Assembly: GCA_022448265.1 (NCBI GenBank)
Contig: JAKVCC010000007.1
Span: 94,791-158,790, forward strand
Direction: 5' to 3'
Length of the DNA stretch: 64,000 bases
From: Pirellulales bacterium
GTDB lineage: Bacteria > Planctomycetota > Planctomycetia > Pirellulales > Lacipirellulaceae
Shown here piece after piece: positions 39,837 through 49,989 of the stretch (the stretch's first letter is position 1; each line of letters begins with the position of its first letter). A program made the translations under genes and the position numbers. The notes under the pieces are model-generated. The model ran no database searches. It had not been told where the DNA came from and saw only the letters and a list, made by a program, of their open reading frames with translations.

Positions 39837-40343
39837 ATGCCCGGCGTTTTCGAAGATTACGGTCTCCGCTTTCAGTATCCTGACAATTGGTCGGTAGAAC
39901 ACGCTGCAGCTCCTCGGGACGCACACGACCTCCTCCAAGTGGAACATCGACTAGCGAAGCACACGAGCGAGCCAAATCAAGACAGCTGCGGCCAAACCAT
40001 GCAGGTCAGCGTTGCGAGCCCGGACACCGGGTTTTGGCAACTGAGCCAATACCCGGCTGGCGTCGAATTGGAACCCCTGTTTGACGAAGCCCTAGCCGCC
40101 TTGCGGAGGGAATACGAAAGCATGGAGGTGGAACCCTGCAGCGACGCGTTGGAAGGCTTCCATCTGAGCGGATACAACGTGCAATTTTTCTGCATGGATT
40201 TGACAAGCACATGCTGGCTTCGTGGTTTGGCGGCTTCCGAGGCCACGTATTTGCTTCTTTGCCAGGCCGAAGACCGTGAATTCGAAGGGGTGGGGCCCGT
40301 CTTTCGCGCCATGCTAGCGAGCGTGCTGCGCAATATCGCCTGA
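39837..40343 (+). CDS. Hypothetical protein (PsbP/Mog1-like fold possible)
   Basis: MPGVFEDYGLRFQYPDNW...GYNVQFFCMDLTSTC...LLLCQAEDREFE; the F-x-YP-x-x-W start is typical of PsbP-like proteins. Confidence 0.7.
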   Translation: MPGVFEDYGLRFQYPDNWSVEHAAAPRDAHDLLQVEHRLAKHTSEPNQDSCGQTMQVSVASPDTGFWQLSQYPAGVELEPLFDEALAALRREYESMEVEPCSDALEGFHLSGYNVQFFCMDLTSTCWLRGLAASEATYLLLCQAEDREFEGVGPVFRAMLASVLRNIA

Positions 40344-40597
40344 CAATAGCGGGCAGCGCCCCCTGGTCTATCCCAGCACCTTCAATCCCAACACTGGCCA
40401 CGGAACGAGCGTACCTTGGTTGCCCGGTAGTGAGTGGAGGTGTTTCAGAGCGCATGTAATTCGTACATGTTTTCATGGGCGGCGGCGAAGAAACGCCCGC
40501 TGTTAAAGAAAAAAATTCTGGTTCTTTGACATGAAATTACGAATTCCACCAGCATAATCGTCCGCCAACAGCGACTTTGGCACACCAGATGCTTTAT

Positions 40598-40748
40598 GCC
40601 AGAGTGGGTCACCGGACACGCAACTCGACTTGCAAATTACCCGCCCCGGGTTAACGGGTCGAAGACCCAGGCGTGCCCCAGTAGTCCGTCAACGTACCTC
40701 GTCACAGTGCGTCGGTGTAAGACGCAAAAAATTCCCATCTCGGGCGGT
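40598..40748 (-). ncRNA. Structured non-coding RNA candidate (6S-RNA-like rod)
   Basis: Manual folding pairs GCC/GGC, GAG-UGGG/CCCA-CUC, CACCG/CGGUG, ACGCA/UGCGU and UGAC/GUCG, then an asymmetric bubble, CGCCUGG/CCGGGGCG and apical GGGUC-UUC-GACCC. G-U pairs favour the minus strand; TACTCT -10-like at 40755-40760; lies between convergent genes. Confidence 0.5.
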
Positions 40749-40860
40749 GGCGAAAGAGTAGCGAAGCGCGCAGGCGGCCATTGCCGGACGGCGACGTCCG
40801 GCTAAGGGCTAAGGGATGAGCGACGCGCGAATTCAAAAACCGATGGGCCCTTTTCCCAGC

Positions 40861-41655
40861 TCACCCTACTCCATGTAGCTCGTGCTGGCGCTGGGCGAGT
40901 AGTTTTTTGCGATAGCGGCCCTGCACGATGTCGATGGCCACCAGCACGGCAATTGTAAAGTAAAACGTTGTCTTTTCCATAGGCTCAACCCTATGACCAA
41001 AAAACGTGAGATGCGCCAGGTGCCCACCCTCGCCCAATAGCATGACGCCCACAATAAACAAGATGAACAAGCCGAGCACCTCGTACATGCGGTTCTTTTT
41101 TAGAAAGTCGGCCACGTAGTCTGCTAGCCACACCATCAACGCTCCACTCACTAGAATGGCGACCGCCATGATCCAGAAGCTGTCGGTCAATGCCATGGCA
41201 GAGAGAATCGAGTCGAACGAAAACACGAGATTCATCAGCACGATCCAAAAGATGACCGCCCCGACCGACTTTTGGCGGCGTGAATCTCTGTCATGCGCAA
41301 CTTCCTCCACGACCAACATGTGCATGATCTCCTTGACCGCCGCGTAAAGGATAAAAACGCCGCCGACCAAGGTAATGATGCTCTGGAGCGTGAATTGGCC
41401 GGCAACGACTCCTGGCCAATCCACGCCAAACAGGGGCGCCCCCACGTGTTTGATAAGTGTGACCACCACATACAGCAGTACGACCCGCAACAGAATCGCC
41501 AAGCCGATCCCCAGCCGCCGCACAAATTGCTGGCGATCCTCCGGTGCCCGTTTCGACTCGATCGAGATGTAGAGAAGATTGTCAAACCCCAATACAGCCT
41601 GCAGTAGTACGAGCATGCCAAGTGTTGAGATTCCGGAAATCGTAAACAGTTCCAT
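40861..41655 (-). CDS. TerC-family integral membrane protein
   Basis: LQAVLGFDNLLYISI, GLAILLRVVLL, MNLVFSFDSILSAMA and FILFIVGVMLLGEG. Confidence 0.9.
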   Translation of the reverse strand: MELFTISGISTLGMLVLLQAVLGFDNLLYISIESKRAPEDRQQFVRRLGIGLAILLRVVLLYVVVTLIKHVGAPLFGVDWPGVVAGQFTLQSIITLVGGVFILYAAVKEIMHMLVVEEVAHDRDSRRQKSVGAVIFWIVLMNLVFSFDSILSAMALTDSFWIMAVAILVSGALMVWLADYVADFLKKNRMYEVLGLFILFIVGVMLLGEGGHLAHLTFFGHRVEPMEKTTFYFTIAVLVAIDIVQGRYRKKLLAQRQHELHGVG

Positions 41656-41938
41656 CGTAGCTCTGCTTTCATGTTTCGAAGTTCATTGACAATGTCTCGA
41701 GTCGATCGTCTGTCCGCTGCACAAACCAAGCCAAGAACAAAGTTTTGTGCCCAGGCGCAGTAACGCTGGAAAAAAGATCGAACCCAGATACTTCCGGGCT
41801 AAACTTCTGCCGTGTTTGTGTCTCCGTGTGAGCCCAATTTTCTTCTGCTACAAGCGGCCATTGCTTCACCTAGCCGAAGTGACCCTCAAATCGTAGCAAG
41901 GGGGCTGCCCGCTGACCAAGCCCAGACGCCGGGCCAGT

Positions 41939-42760
41939 CTACACAAACCAGAAAGTCCGCCTCTGCCACTCTCGATAGGGCCCGCCAAACGCCGCGGCTA
42001 ATACACGGTCCTCCAGCTTCGAGCGGTAGAGCTGCATCGCTACAAATAGCACATAAAGGCTTATCCATAGCCAATGTGTCCGCGCAGCAATCAGCAAGAA
42101 GCCACCCTGAGCAATAAACTGCCCTAAATAAATTGGGTGGCGGACAAACCGGTACGGTCCAGTCACTTTGAGTTCACGTGCTTCCGGAACGATGCTCAAA
42201 CTGCGAAACAGCACCGCGTAGCCCCAAACCTCCAGGCTTAATCCCGTAGTCATTACAACGCCATAAGCAAGGGCCAGCTGCCAGGAAATGGACGGTCGCC
42301 ACAGGAATTCGTTGTAAGATTCTTGCCATTGGGCGCTCCATAACCCAACGAGAGATCCGATCGCAATTGGTATCAAAGGGGCAAAGGCCGTTAGCAGGCT
42401 ATAGGCAATCATCCATCCGCTGGATGCCCGCATGCGCGCCTGGATGCGAAAGCAAAATGCCAAAGCAATCTGCAAGAACGTGATGTCGGTCAATACCAAT
42501 ACCCAAGGCATGGGAATCCTGTGCCCATTTGGAAAGATGCAATAGGGCCCAATCTCCCAGAAGGGATTTTCCCAATAGACACGAGCGCGGGAAGAAAAAT
42601 ACACTAGAAAAAAAGTAGCCCCGACAAGACGAAACGCCCAATCGGGAGCCCCCAGCCACCATCGCATCCCCAGGCTTGGCCGGGCGTCGTCCCCGGACAG
42701 TGGAGAGGAACGCTCCATCGGAAGAATCTCGTCGGAAGAGTCCACAACTGTTTCCCGCAC
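41939..42760 (-). CDS. Isoprenylcysteine carboxyl-/phospholipid methyltransferase (ICMT/PEMT) family membrane protein
   Basis: SLSIVPEARELKVTGPYRFVRHPIYLG and RSKLEDRVLAAAFGGPYREWQRRT; start uncertain. Confidence 0.8.
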   Translation of the reverse strand: MRETVVDSSDEILPMERSSPLSGDDARPSLGMRWWLGAPDWAFRLVGATFFLVYFSSRARVYWENPFWEIGPYCIFPNGHRIPMPWVLVLTDITFLQIALAFCFRIQARMRASSGWMIAYSLLTAFAPLIPIAIGSLVGLWSAQWQESYNEFLWRPSISWQLALAYGVVMTTGLSLEVWGYAVLFRSLSIVPEARELKVTGPYRFVRHPIYLGQFIAQGGFLLIAARTHWLWISLYVLFVAMQLYRSKLEDRVLAAAFGGPYREWQRRTFWFV

Positions 42761-42830
42761 TAAGAGTTCTGTGCCGAACGTTTTGGTATACGACTTTTTG
42801 GTGCCTGGCTATTAGCGGCACAGATGTCTG

Positions 42831-44159
42831 CTATTTGCCGATCAAAAACAAGTGCTCTGCACCCCGCACTAGTAGCTTGCCGCGAATCGGGATCGGCGTG
42901 GCGAGCGTTGATTCGCCCATATCATTCTCGGTCACGTCTTGCAGGCCCGTGTCAGAAAATTTCCCAACCATGATCACGCCATCTTCCCGGGCACAATAGA
43001 GCGTGTGACCGCCCATCACGGGCGAGGCGTAATAATTGTCCCGCCCACGCGGCAGCTCTTCTTCCCACAGCGTCTCGCCGGTGGACTTGTCGAGACAGTA
43101 AAGTGCGCCTCGGTCGGTAAGGAGTAGGACTCGCTGACCGTGAATCATCGGCGTCGGAACATCGGAGCCGATGTCCAATCGCTCCCAAATCCGATGCGAA
43201 GATGTGACGTCGCCCGATGCGCCGTGAAGGCGAACGGCTGCCAAAAAATCGCCTCGTCCATAGGGGACGACTGCGATCTGATCGTCCACAGCCGGAGACG
43301 CAACCACCCGCCACATGGCCTCACTCTCTGGATTGAAACCGCCGCAATGCCAAAGTGGGGCGCCGGTACCCGCATCATGGCCTGTGAGGTGGTCGGCTCC
43401 CCAGGTCACCAGTACCGCACGGCCATCGAGTTGAATCAGTCGCGGTGTCGCATAGCTTTGATCCGATTCCTGCTTACAGGCGAATTTCCGATTTTGCTTC
43501 CAAGCGATATCCCCGCTCGCCAAATCGAGGGCCACCATGTAGGAATCACCACCCTGCATCACAGCGATCACAACATTGCCACTGGCCAGCACAGGCGAGG
43601 TTCCCAAATCCCACCACAGCGTGTCCTCGCCAAATCGCTCTTGAAGGTTAGTCTGCCACGTGATTTCCCCTTGGAAGTCAAGACAGGCAACCGTACCACT
43701 CTTGTAGTAGACGACCACCCGGGTTCCATCAGTCACCGGCGAAGGATTGCTGCCGGTGCCATTCGCGTGCTTACCAGGACGCTCCAGGCCCAACGAATTT
43801 CGCCAAATTTCCTCACCACCAAAATCATAACAAATCACTCCATCCTGTCCGTCGATCGGACTGGTGACAAAAATTCGGTCTCCCCAGATAACGGGCGTCG
43901 AGCTACCGCGGCCCGGTAGGGCCACCTTCCATAATACGTTTTTGTCTGCAGAAAAATTTGTGGGATAGACTCCCGGAGCTGCGATGCCACCACCTTGCGG
44001 ACCGCGCCAATCGGGCCAATTCTCAGCAGCAGTGGATGGACTGATGAGACACACGACGCATAGCACACCGGCGTGCAACCTCGCTTGACCCATGGCTGGG
44101 AGCCGTTCAGACAGAGCTGAACAGAGAGCTGAACAGAGAGCTGAAAGGAGATAGATCAT
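42831..44159 (-). CDS. PQQ-binding-like beta-propeller repeat protein
   Basis: AENWPDWRGP, LWKVALPGRGSSTPVIWGDRIFVT and repeated SPV motifs. Start is ATG 44159 or 44093. Confidence 0.9.
   Translation of the reverse strand: MIYLLSALCSALCSALSERLPAMGQARLHAGVLCVVCLISPSTAAENWPDWRGPQGGGIAAPGVYPTNFSADKNVLWKVALPGRGSSTPVIWGDRIFVTSPIDGQDGVICYDFGGEEIWRNSLGLERPGKHANGTGSNPSPVTDGTRVVVYYKSGTVACLDFQGEITWQTNLQERFGEDTLWWDLGTSPVLASGNVVIAVMQGGDSYMVALDLASGDIAWKQNRKFACKQESDQSYATPRLIQLDGRAVLVTWGADHLTGHDAGTGAPLWHCGGFNPESEAMWRVVASPAVDDQIAVVPYGRGDFLAAVRLHGASGDVTSSHRIWERLDIGSDVPTPMIHGQRVLLLTDRGALYCLDKSTGETLWEEELPRGRDNYYASPVMGGHTLYCAREDGVIMVGKFSDTGLQDVTENDMGESTLATPIPIRGKLLVRGAEHLFLIGK
44111..44144. repeat. Short tandem repeat, about 3 x 12 bp (ACAGAGAGCTGA)
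   Basis: ACAGAGCTGA ACAGAGAGCTGA ACAGAGAGCTGA; reads SALC-SALC-SALS on the minus strand. Confidence 0.85.
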
Positions 44160-44345
44160 GGCCGCACCACTGCTCGTTTTGTAAGGAGCTAGAAAATGGA
44201 TGTTAGCATACCTGGTAGGCGGATTCCATAACCGGGAGATTGCGGGACGTACTCTCCAGCCCCCATTGGTCACAACGAGCATTCCTGGTATAGAGAGAGA
44301 TCTACCCGGCTCGTCGGGATGGTACTCTCTCCTGGTTATTGCACG

Positions 44346-45386
44346 ATGGACGAGCAGCTCAAAAACTTTTTTCTGAATCAGTCCCCCTGGATGCTAGGGA
44401 TTGAGATTGCGGCGATTCTTGCCGTACTGGCAAAGGCGGCGGATTGGCTTGTTGGCGAATCGGTCGTGCTTTCCGAACGATCGGGCCTGCCCAAAGTTGT
44501 CATTGGGGCCACGATCGTAAGCTTAGGCACAACGGCCCCTGAGGCGGCTGTTTCGGTGCTGGCAGCCACGCACGGCAATCCCGACGTTTCGCTTGGCAAC
44601 GCGATCGGTTCGATTATTTGCGACACGGGACTGATCCTGGGCATTGCCTGCCTGATTATGCCGCTGAAGATGCCACGCAAAATCGTCAACTCCCAAGGGT
44701 GGCTGCAATTTGGTGCCGGCTGGCTCTTGGTGGCCGCCTGCTGGCCTTGGGCAACCGGCAACAATCCCTTGCAGGGCGGTGGCAACTTGTCACAGCGAAT
44801 GGGGTTTGTGTTTTTGGGGTTACTAGTAGGCTACATCTGCTTGTCGATCCACTGGGCAAAGGCGGCGGGCGGGCGGGCGGAGTTAGAGAAATCTGAAGCC
44901 AACGCTGCGTTATCACTGCCGCTTCTCGTCGCCAAGCTACTTGTGGCGATTCTGTTGGTTGTCGGTGCCAGCCACGTGTTGATTCCGGCTATCCACGAGG
45001 CCGCCACTCGGCTGGGTGTTTCTGGGGGCATTGTCGCCGCGACTCTCATAGCCTTTGGCACCTCGCTGCCGGAGCTGGTCACAGCGGTTACCGCCGCGCG
45101 AAGAAACCATGGCGATCTCGCGATTGGCAACATCATCGGGGCTGATATCTTAAACGTCTTATTCGTCGCGGGCATGTCCGCAGCAGTAACGCCTGCCGGG
45201 CTGGCGGCACCGCCAGAGTTTTTTCGAATCTTACTGCCGGGCATGCTATTAATTCTGGTTGTCTTTCGGGTCGGCGTTTCGTTGTCGGGCGATCGGATGG
45301 AACGCCCTCTCGGAGCCCTCTTGCTAGTGACTTATGTGGCAATCATGGTAACCAGCTACACGGTACTCGGAGCGGCTGGGAAGTGA
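44346..45386 (+). CDS. Calcium/sodium (CaCA, YrbG-like) antiporter
   Basis: Two alpha repeats: ATIVSLGTTAPE...GNAIGSII and ATLIAFGTSLPEL...GNIIGADI. Confidence 0.93.
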   Translation: MDEQLKNFFLNQSPWMLGIEIAAILAVLAKAADWLVGESVVLSERSGLPKVVIGATIVSLGTTAPEAAVSVLAATHGNPDVSLGNAIGSIICDTGLILGIACLIMPLKMPRKIVNSQGWLQFGAGWLLVAACWPWATGNNPLQGGGNLSQRMGFVFLGLLVGYICLSIHWAKAAGGRAELEKSEANAALSLPLLVAKLLVAILLVVGASHVLIPAIHEAATRLGVSGGIVAATLIAFGTSLPELVTAVTAARRNHGDLAIGNIIGADILNVLFVAGMSAAVTPAGLAAPPEFFRILLPGMLLILVVFRVGVSLSGDRMERPLGALLLVTYVAIMVTSYTVLGAAGK

Positions 45387-45525
45387 GGCTAGTTGCTCGC
45401 AGCCATCTAGCCCTTGCTCACCGAGTAATTATTGCAGCCATCACTCTTTGAGTAACGCCACCCTCACAACACGTCACCATCAACGCGTTGCGGCGGTGAC
45501 AGATGGTCGTTCGCCGCACAAGTAG

Positions 45526-46347
45526 TCAATCCGAAGACGTTGCCCGCAGCAGCAGCCGATCGCTCAGCCGTGGCCATATTTGTGCGGCCGCCACAAGCAG
45601 ACGTACCTTCCAGGGAACGATGAGTTCCAGACGACGGCGCTCACAGGCGTAGAGAATCTTATTGGCCAGCCAGTCAGGATCGATTGGGCGCAGATTGGCG
45701 CCAGCACCCTGCTGCTGGGCCGAGGAGGGCAATCCCGCACTGTGCTGTTGGTAGCGCGGCACCGCTTCGCTGCGCCGAATGGGTCCCGGGCAAACCAAGA
45801 GCACGTGCAGTCCCTCCGGCCCAAGTTCTAAGCGCAACTGCTGCGAGAAAGCAGCCAATGCAAATTTACTGGCCGGGTATCCGGCCAGATAGCGGGGAGC
45901 GACCTTGCTGGCCAATGAGCCGACGTTGACGATGTGGCCACGTTGCGATACAAGCGTCGGGGCAAATGCTTGAGCCATTCGCACAGGAGCCAGAAAATTG
46001 ACTTCGAGCATCTCCTGGAATTCGTCTATCGATGTGTCGAGAACCCGTTGGCGGGCTGAACGGCCCGCGCAGTTGCAAAGAAAATCGACGTTGCCAAACT
46101 GGTCCATGACCGCCTGGCTTAAACGACTGACATCGTCGGGGTTGGTAACGTCGGCGACCACAGGCACCGCGACAGCCGGCCCAAGCGCATTGGCGGTTTG
46201 CCGAAGCTGCTCCCTGCCGCGAGCCACCAGAACCAGCTTCGCGTCCCGGGCCGCCAGCGCACGGGCCACAGCCAACCCTAATCCGGCCGTGGCGCCGGTA
46301 ATCACGCAGACCTTGTCTTGCCAGTAGTTAACCTTCATCGTTGCCAT
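45526..46347 (-). CDS. Short-chain dehydrogenase/reductase
   Basis: ITGATAGLG, CNCAG, IVNVGS and catalytic YPASK. Confidence 0.93.
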   Translation of the reverse strand: MATMKVNYWQDKVCVITGATAGLGLAVARALAARDAKLVLVARGREQLRQTANALGPAVAVPVVADVTNPDDVSRLSQAVMDQFGNVDFLCNCAGRSARQRVLDTSIDEFQEMLEVNFLAPVRMAQAFAPTLVSQRGHIVNVGSLASKVAPRYLAGYPASKFALAAFSQQLRLELGPEGLHVLLVCPGPIRRSEAVPRYQQHSAGLPSSAQQQGAGANLRPIDPDWLANKILYACERRRLELIVPWKVRLLVAAAQIWPRLSDRLLLRATSSD

Positions 46348-46569
46348 TCGATGGAATTGTGACGTCTGCAGCGGCCACAAAGGATGTCTTGCCCGAGGCC
46401 CAATGGGCCGCCAGGTACCGCTAATTTTTCTAGAAAATTAAGTATGGTTGAAGGTGCCAACTCGGGCAAGGGTTATCAGCCCTCCACGAAGGGACGACAA
46501 CAAACAACACCTATTGCATTTACCCACTCATGCGTAAGGCGCGTGTGTCTTATCTTCCAGGAATAACTT

Positions 46570-48057
46570 ATGAATGAATGTGCTATACCCCAGGATCCCT
46601 CCCAAAAGGCACGTACCAAGATTATCGCTACGGTGGGACCCTCCTGCGACGATCCGGCGCAACTTGCGGCGCTGATTCAGGCCGGAGTCAACGTCTTTCG
46701 CCTGAACATGGCACATGGTCAGCCCGATCAACAGCAAGTGGTGGTGGATCGAATTCGGAAACTCAGTGCCGAACTAAACGAACCAATAGGTATCCTGGTA
46801 GATCTAGCGGGGCCAAAATTTCGCCTGGGACAGTTACAAGATGAAAGTATCTTTTGTAGCCGTGACCAAGAATTCTTTTTCGTTAACGGTCCCAGCAGCG
46901 CGCCCAATGAACTGGTTGCCAACTACGAGCCGCTGGTCCATGAGCTTTCTGTCGACGATCAGGTCATGCTGGCCGATGGCACGGTAAGCATGATTGTGAA
47001 AGAAAAGTTGCCCGACCGTGCTCGCCTGCGCGTTGTCCAGCAAGGCATTATCCGCAGTCGCCAAGGCATCAATCTTCCGGGCGTGGATCTGAGCGCACCG
47101 GCAATCAGTGCCGATGATCACCAACATGCGATTTGGGCCGCCGATGTGGGCGCGGACTTCGTAAGCCTCAGCTTCGTTCGATCCCCAAACGAGGTCCGCA
47201 CGCTTAAAAACCTCTTGCGTTCCAGAAATTCAACGGCCAGCATAATTGCAAAAATTGAAAAACGTGAAGCGCTTGACCGGTTGGCCGAGATCGTTGCCGA
47301 AGCAGACGGCGTGATGGTTGCCCGCGGTGATTTGGGGGTCGAAATCGACGTCGCTGAAATGCCCTTGGCGCAAAAGCAGATTATCTCCACCTGTCAGGAA
47401 TTTCATAAGCCCGTAATTATAGCCACACAAATGCTCGACAGCATGCACGAGTCACTCCGGCCTACCCGCGCTGAGGTGACCGACGTGGCCAATGCGATTC
47501 TGGACGGTGCTGACGCTTGCATGCTTTCGGGAGAAACGGCCGTCGGCAAGCATCCGAAAGAGGCAGTGGAAATGATGAACCGGATTGCCCTCGCTACGGA
47601 AACGGACATGGCGAGTCACCCGTTGCGCGAAATGAGTACCCCGGAATCGGACAATCTGCAGGATATCACGCGCGCGGTCGTGCGCGGTGCCGGCACGATG
47701 GCCCATGCGCTAAAAGCAAAGCTGGTCGTCGTTTCCAGCCATTCAGGACGGACGGCTCTAGCCCTTTCGCAGCAGCGAAGTTTTGTTCCCACGATTGGCG
47801 TGAGTACCGTCGAAGCAACTTTGCAAAAAATGTGCTTGTATTGGGGCGTGACACCGCTCCGTAACGCACCGGCCTACGATGTAGAACAATTAATCAAGCA
47901 TACCGACGCCTGGGCCTGTCGCTTCGGTCTGACCACTCGCGGCGATCGGATCGTGATCGTCGGCGGTTCGCATTTAACGGCCGGTTCGCGCGATCCCCAA
48001 ATGGCCTCTGGCGTTCACGACATCGTAATCGTGCATGAGGTCGAGGCGGTCGACTGA
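46570..48057 (+). CDS. pyk: Pyruvate kinase
   Basis: RTKIIATVGP, FRLNMAHG, DLAGPKFR, IIAKIEK, VMVARGDLGVE, ATQMLDSM and MLSGETAVG. Confidence 0.98.
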   Translation: MNECAIPQDPSQKARTKIIATVGPSCDDPAQLAALIQAGVNVFRLNMAHGQPDQQQVVVDRIRKLSAELNEPIGILVDLAGPKFRLGQLQDESIFCSRDQEFFFVNGPSSAPNELVANYEPLVHELSVDDQVMLADGTVSMIVKEKLPDRARLRVVQQGIIRSRQGINLPGVDLSAPAISADDHQHAIWAADVGADFVSLSFVRSPNEVRTLKNLLRSRNSTASIIAKIEKREALDRLAEIVAEADGVMVARGDLGVEIDVAEMPLAQKQIISTCQEFHKPVIIATQMLDSMHESLRPTRAEVTDVANAILDGADACMLSGETAVGKHPKEAVEMMNRIALATETDMASHPLREMSTPESDNLQDITRAVVRGAGTMAHALKAKLVVVSSHSGRTALALSQQRSFVPTIGVSTVEATLQKMCLYWGVTPLRNAPAYDVEQLIKHTDAWACRFGLTTRGDRIVIVGGSHLTAGSRDPQMASGVHDIVIVHEVEAVD

Positions 48058-48093
48058 TGAGCTAGCGAATGGCTCTCCCAGTTTCATGCGCGG

Positions 48094-49002
48094 CTAGCGT
48101 TTGGGCCCGTTTTTAGCCAGTCGTTCTTCTGGCTTCAGCAGGCGCTCTTCTAAACTTGAAACGTAGTGCATGCTGCTTGCCTCGCCGGAAAAACCGATGA
48201 TCCGTCGGTCAGCTGTCACCGTTTGGGTTAACAGCCGACCCTTTTTTAGGTCGAAACGCAGGGTGGATTTGGTGAGTCGTTCGACCAATTGCGATTCGAC
48301 CAGCGAGCTGACCGGAGTCAAAATCTGGTACTCCACGCCAATGGTGGCAACACCGGTTTTGACATGCATGAGCGTGCAAACGCGGCGAGTGCGCACGACG
48401 AGCGGGGCGCCACCCTTCCGCTCGGCGCTCACATCGTAGGTAAAGTCCCACTGCTCGCCGACGGCCAATGGTTTTTGCGGCATAGGGAGCATGATGGGCA
48501 TGTCCTTGCTGGGTGTGGGCTGCGGATGCTTTTCTACCCGATCGACGACCTTACCCGTAGGAGTCATGCGAATCACCGAAAGGGGGATCCCCACCGCGCC
48601 CGCCGCCTGCTCAAACCCTGGGGGAGGGGAGGTATCGGATTCACTGTCAAATTCCCGCACCGCCCGATTAGGCACGCGATTGGACATCCGCACCTTCTCG
48701 ACAAGGTGCACGAATTCTATTTCGCCGTTGGGCAACACGTCGGTAACCTTCCAGGCTTTGATAGAGTCGCTTTGGCTTTCCGCTTCTTGGGTGGTCCCTT
48801 CGATGGTAGTGCGAATATTGGTGGTGTGCTTAATCTTGTAGCGCAAGACTTCGCCCATCTCGAATTTGTACTGCAAACGGTACTTGGGGTCTGTCGATGG
48901 CCCTGTCGACGAGGAATCGTCGGCCGCCGGAGAATGGCTCGCAGCCCAACAGAGGGTGAACAATGCCGCCCAGGAAATCCGTGAAAGTCGCTTACCGTGC
49001 AT
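48094..49002 (-). CDS. Secreted hypothetical protein (DUF6263-like)
   Basis: Signal peptide, YRLQYKFEMGEVLRY and LPMPQKPLAVGEQW; directly downstream of nadK. Confidence 0.7.
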   Translation of the reverse strand: MHGKRLSRISWAALFTLCWAASHSPAADDSSSTGPSTDPKYRLQYKFEMGEVLRYKIKHTTNIRTTIEGTTQEAESQSDSIKAWKVTDVLPNGEIEFVHLVEKVRMSNRVPNRAVREFDSESDTSPPPGFEQAAGAVGIPLSVIRMTPTGKVVDRVEKHPQPTPSKDMPIMLPMPQKPLAVGEQWDFTYDVSAERKGGAPLVVRTRRVCTLMHVKTGVATIGVEYQILTPVSSLVESQLVERLTKSTLRFDLKKGRLLTQTVTADRRIIGFSGEASSMHYVSSLEERLLKPEERLAKNGPKR

Positions 49003-49037
49003 CCTTGCACCTTTCGAGAGAAAACGAAGTCTATGCC

Positions 49038-49937
49038 TCAACTGGATACGTCGGTCCCCTTCAACCGCCCGCCCCAGCCCAACTTTTCGCGCAACGTACG
49101 GTAATAGCCGTGGCCTCGCACCTCAATCAGCTGAAATTGCGCGGTGGCACGGCGAATGCGAATACGATCTTCGGCAGTCACACTGCCCACGACCTTGCCG
49201 TCGATCACCAACGAAGTTCCTTCATGTGGGGCAGGCACGACCAACTCGTACTCGCGATCGGCCGAGTCAACGACCGGGCGATTGGTAAGCGTGTGAGGAC
49301 TAATCGGCGAGATCACCAACGCCTGTAAATCCTTGCGGAGTATGGGGCCGCCAGCGGAAAGACTATGCGCAGTGGAACCCACGGGGGTACTCACGATCAA
49401 GCCATCGCAACTATAGGTGGTGACTAATTCAGCGTCAACGTAAAGCTGCACATCCATGATTGCAAAAGGGGCGCCTGCTAGCACGGCCACCTCATTGAGC
49501 CCCAGCACACTGAGCATCTCGGTGCCCCCGCGCTGGACATCGCACTCAAACATCAGATGGCGCACAACCCGGTAGTCACCTGCCACAAGGCAAGGCAACA
49601 CCTGGTCAAGCTGCTCCGGCTGGATGTCAGCCAGAAAGCCAAGATGCCCCAAATTGACACCGAGCACGGGTATCTGTTGATAGCCCATGCAATGGGCCGC
49701 GCGGAGCATGGAGCCATCCCCGCCAAACACGACCGCAAAATCGACTTGTTCCGCCGGTAACTCCGCCGCAAGGTTATCGACCAACGCAACCACGTCGACA
49801 TGCTTTTCCAAGATCGGTCGCAGCCGAGCGGCCCGCTCACGGATCTCTGGATGATCCCCATTGGCAAGCATCAGTACGCTTGGGCGTTGCACAGCGACCG
49901 TATTGGAAGACGACTGAAAAGCCATATCCCATAGCAT
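49038..49937 (-). CDS. nadK: NAD(+) kinase
   Basis: FGGDGSML, GVNLGHLGFL, LNE, DGLIVSTPVGSTAHSLSAGGP and LREKLGWGG. Confidence 0.96.
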   Translation of the reverse strand: MLWDMAFQSSSNTVAVQRPSVLMLANGDHPEIRERAARLRPILEKHVDVVALVDNLAAELPAEQVDFAVVFGGDGSMLRAAHCMGYQQIPVLGVNLGHLGFLADIQPEQLDQVLPCLVAGDYRVVRHLMFECDVQRGGTEMLSVLGLNEVAVLAGAPFAIMDVQLYVDAELVTTYSCDGLIVSTPVGSTAHSLSAGGPILRKDLQALVISPISPHTLTNRPVVDSADREYELVVPAPHEGTSLVIDGKVVGSVTAEDRIRIRRATAQFQLIEVRGHGYYRTLREKLGWGGRLKGTDVSS

Positions 49938-49989
49938 AACCTGAGAGGCTAACTTTGGGTACTTGCAGTCGAGCGCAGAAACTTTTGCC

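Noticed and set aside
40526-40558. TTGACA...CATAAT as a plus-strand promoter for the ncRNA candidate
   Set aside because: The spacer is 21 nt, too long for sigma70, and G-U pairing favours the minus strand.
41656-41938. yybP-ykoY manganese riboswitch upstream of the TerC gene
   Set aside because: No GGGGAGUA or properly placed GAGACC/L3 motifs on the coding strand.
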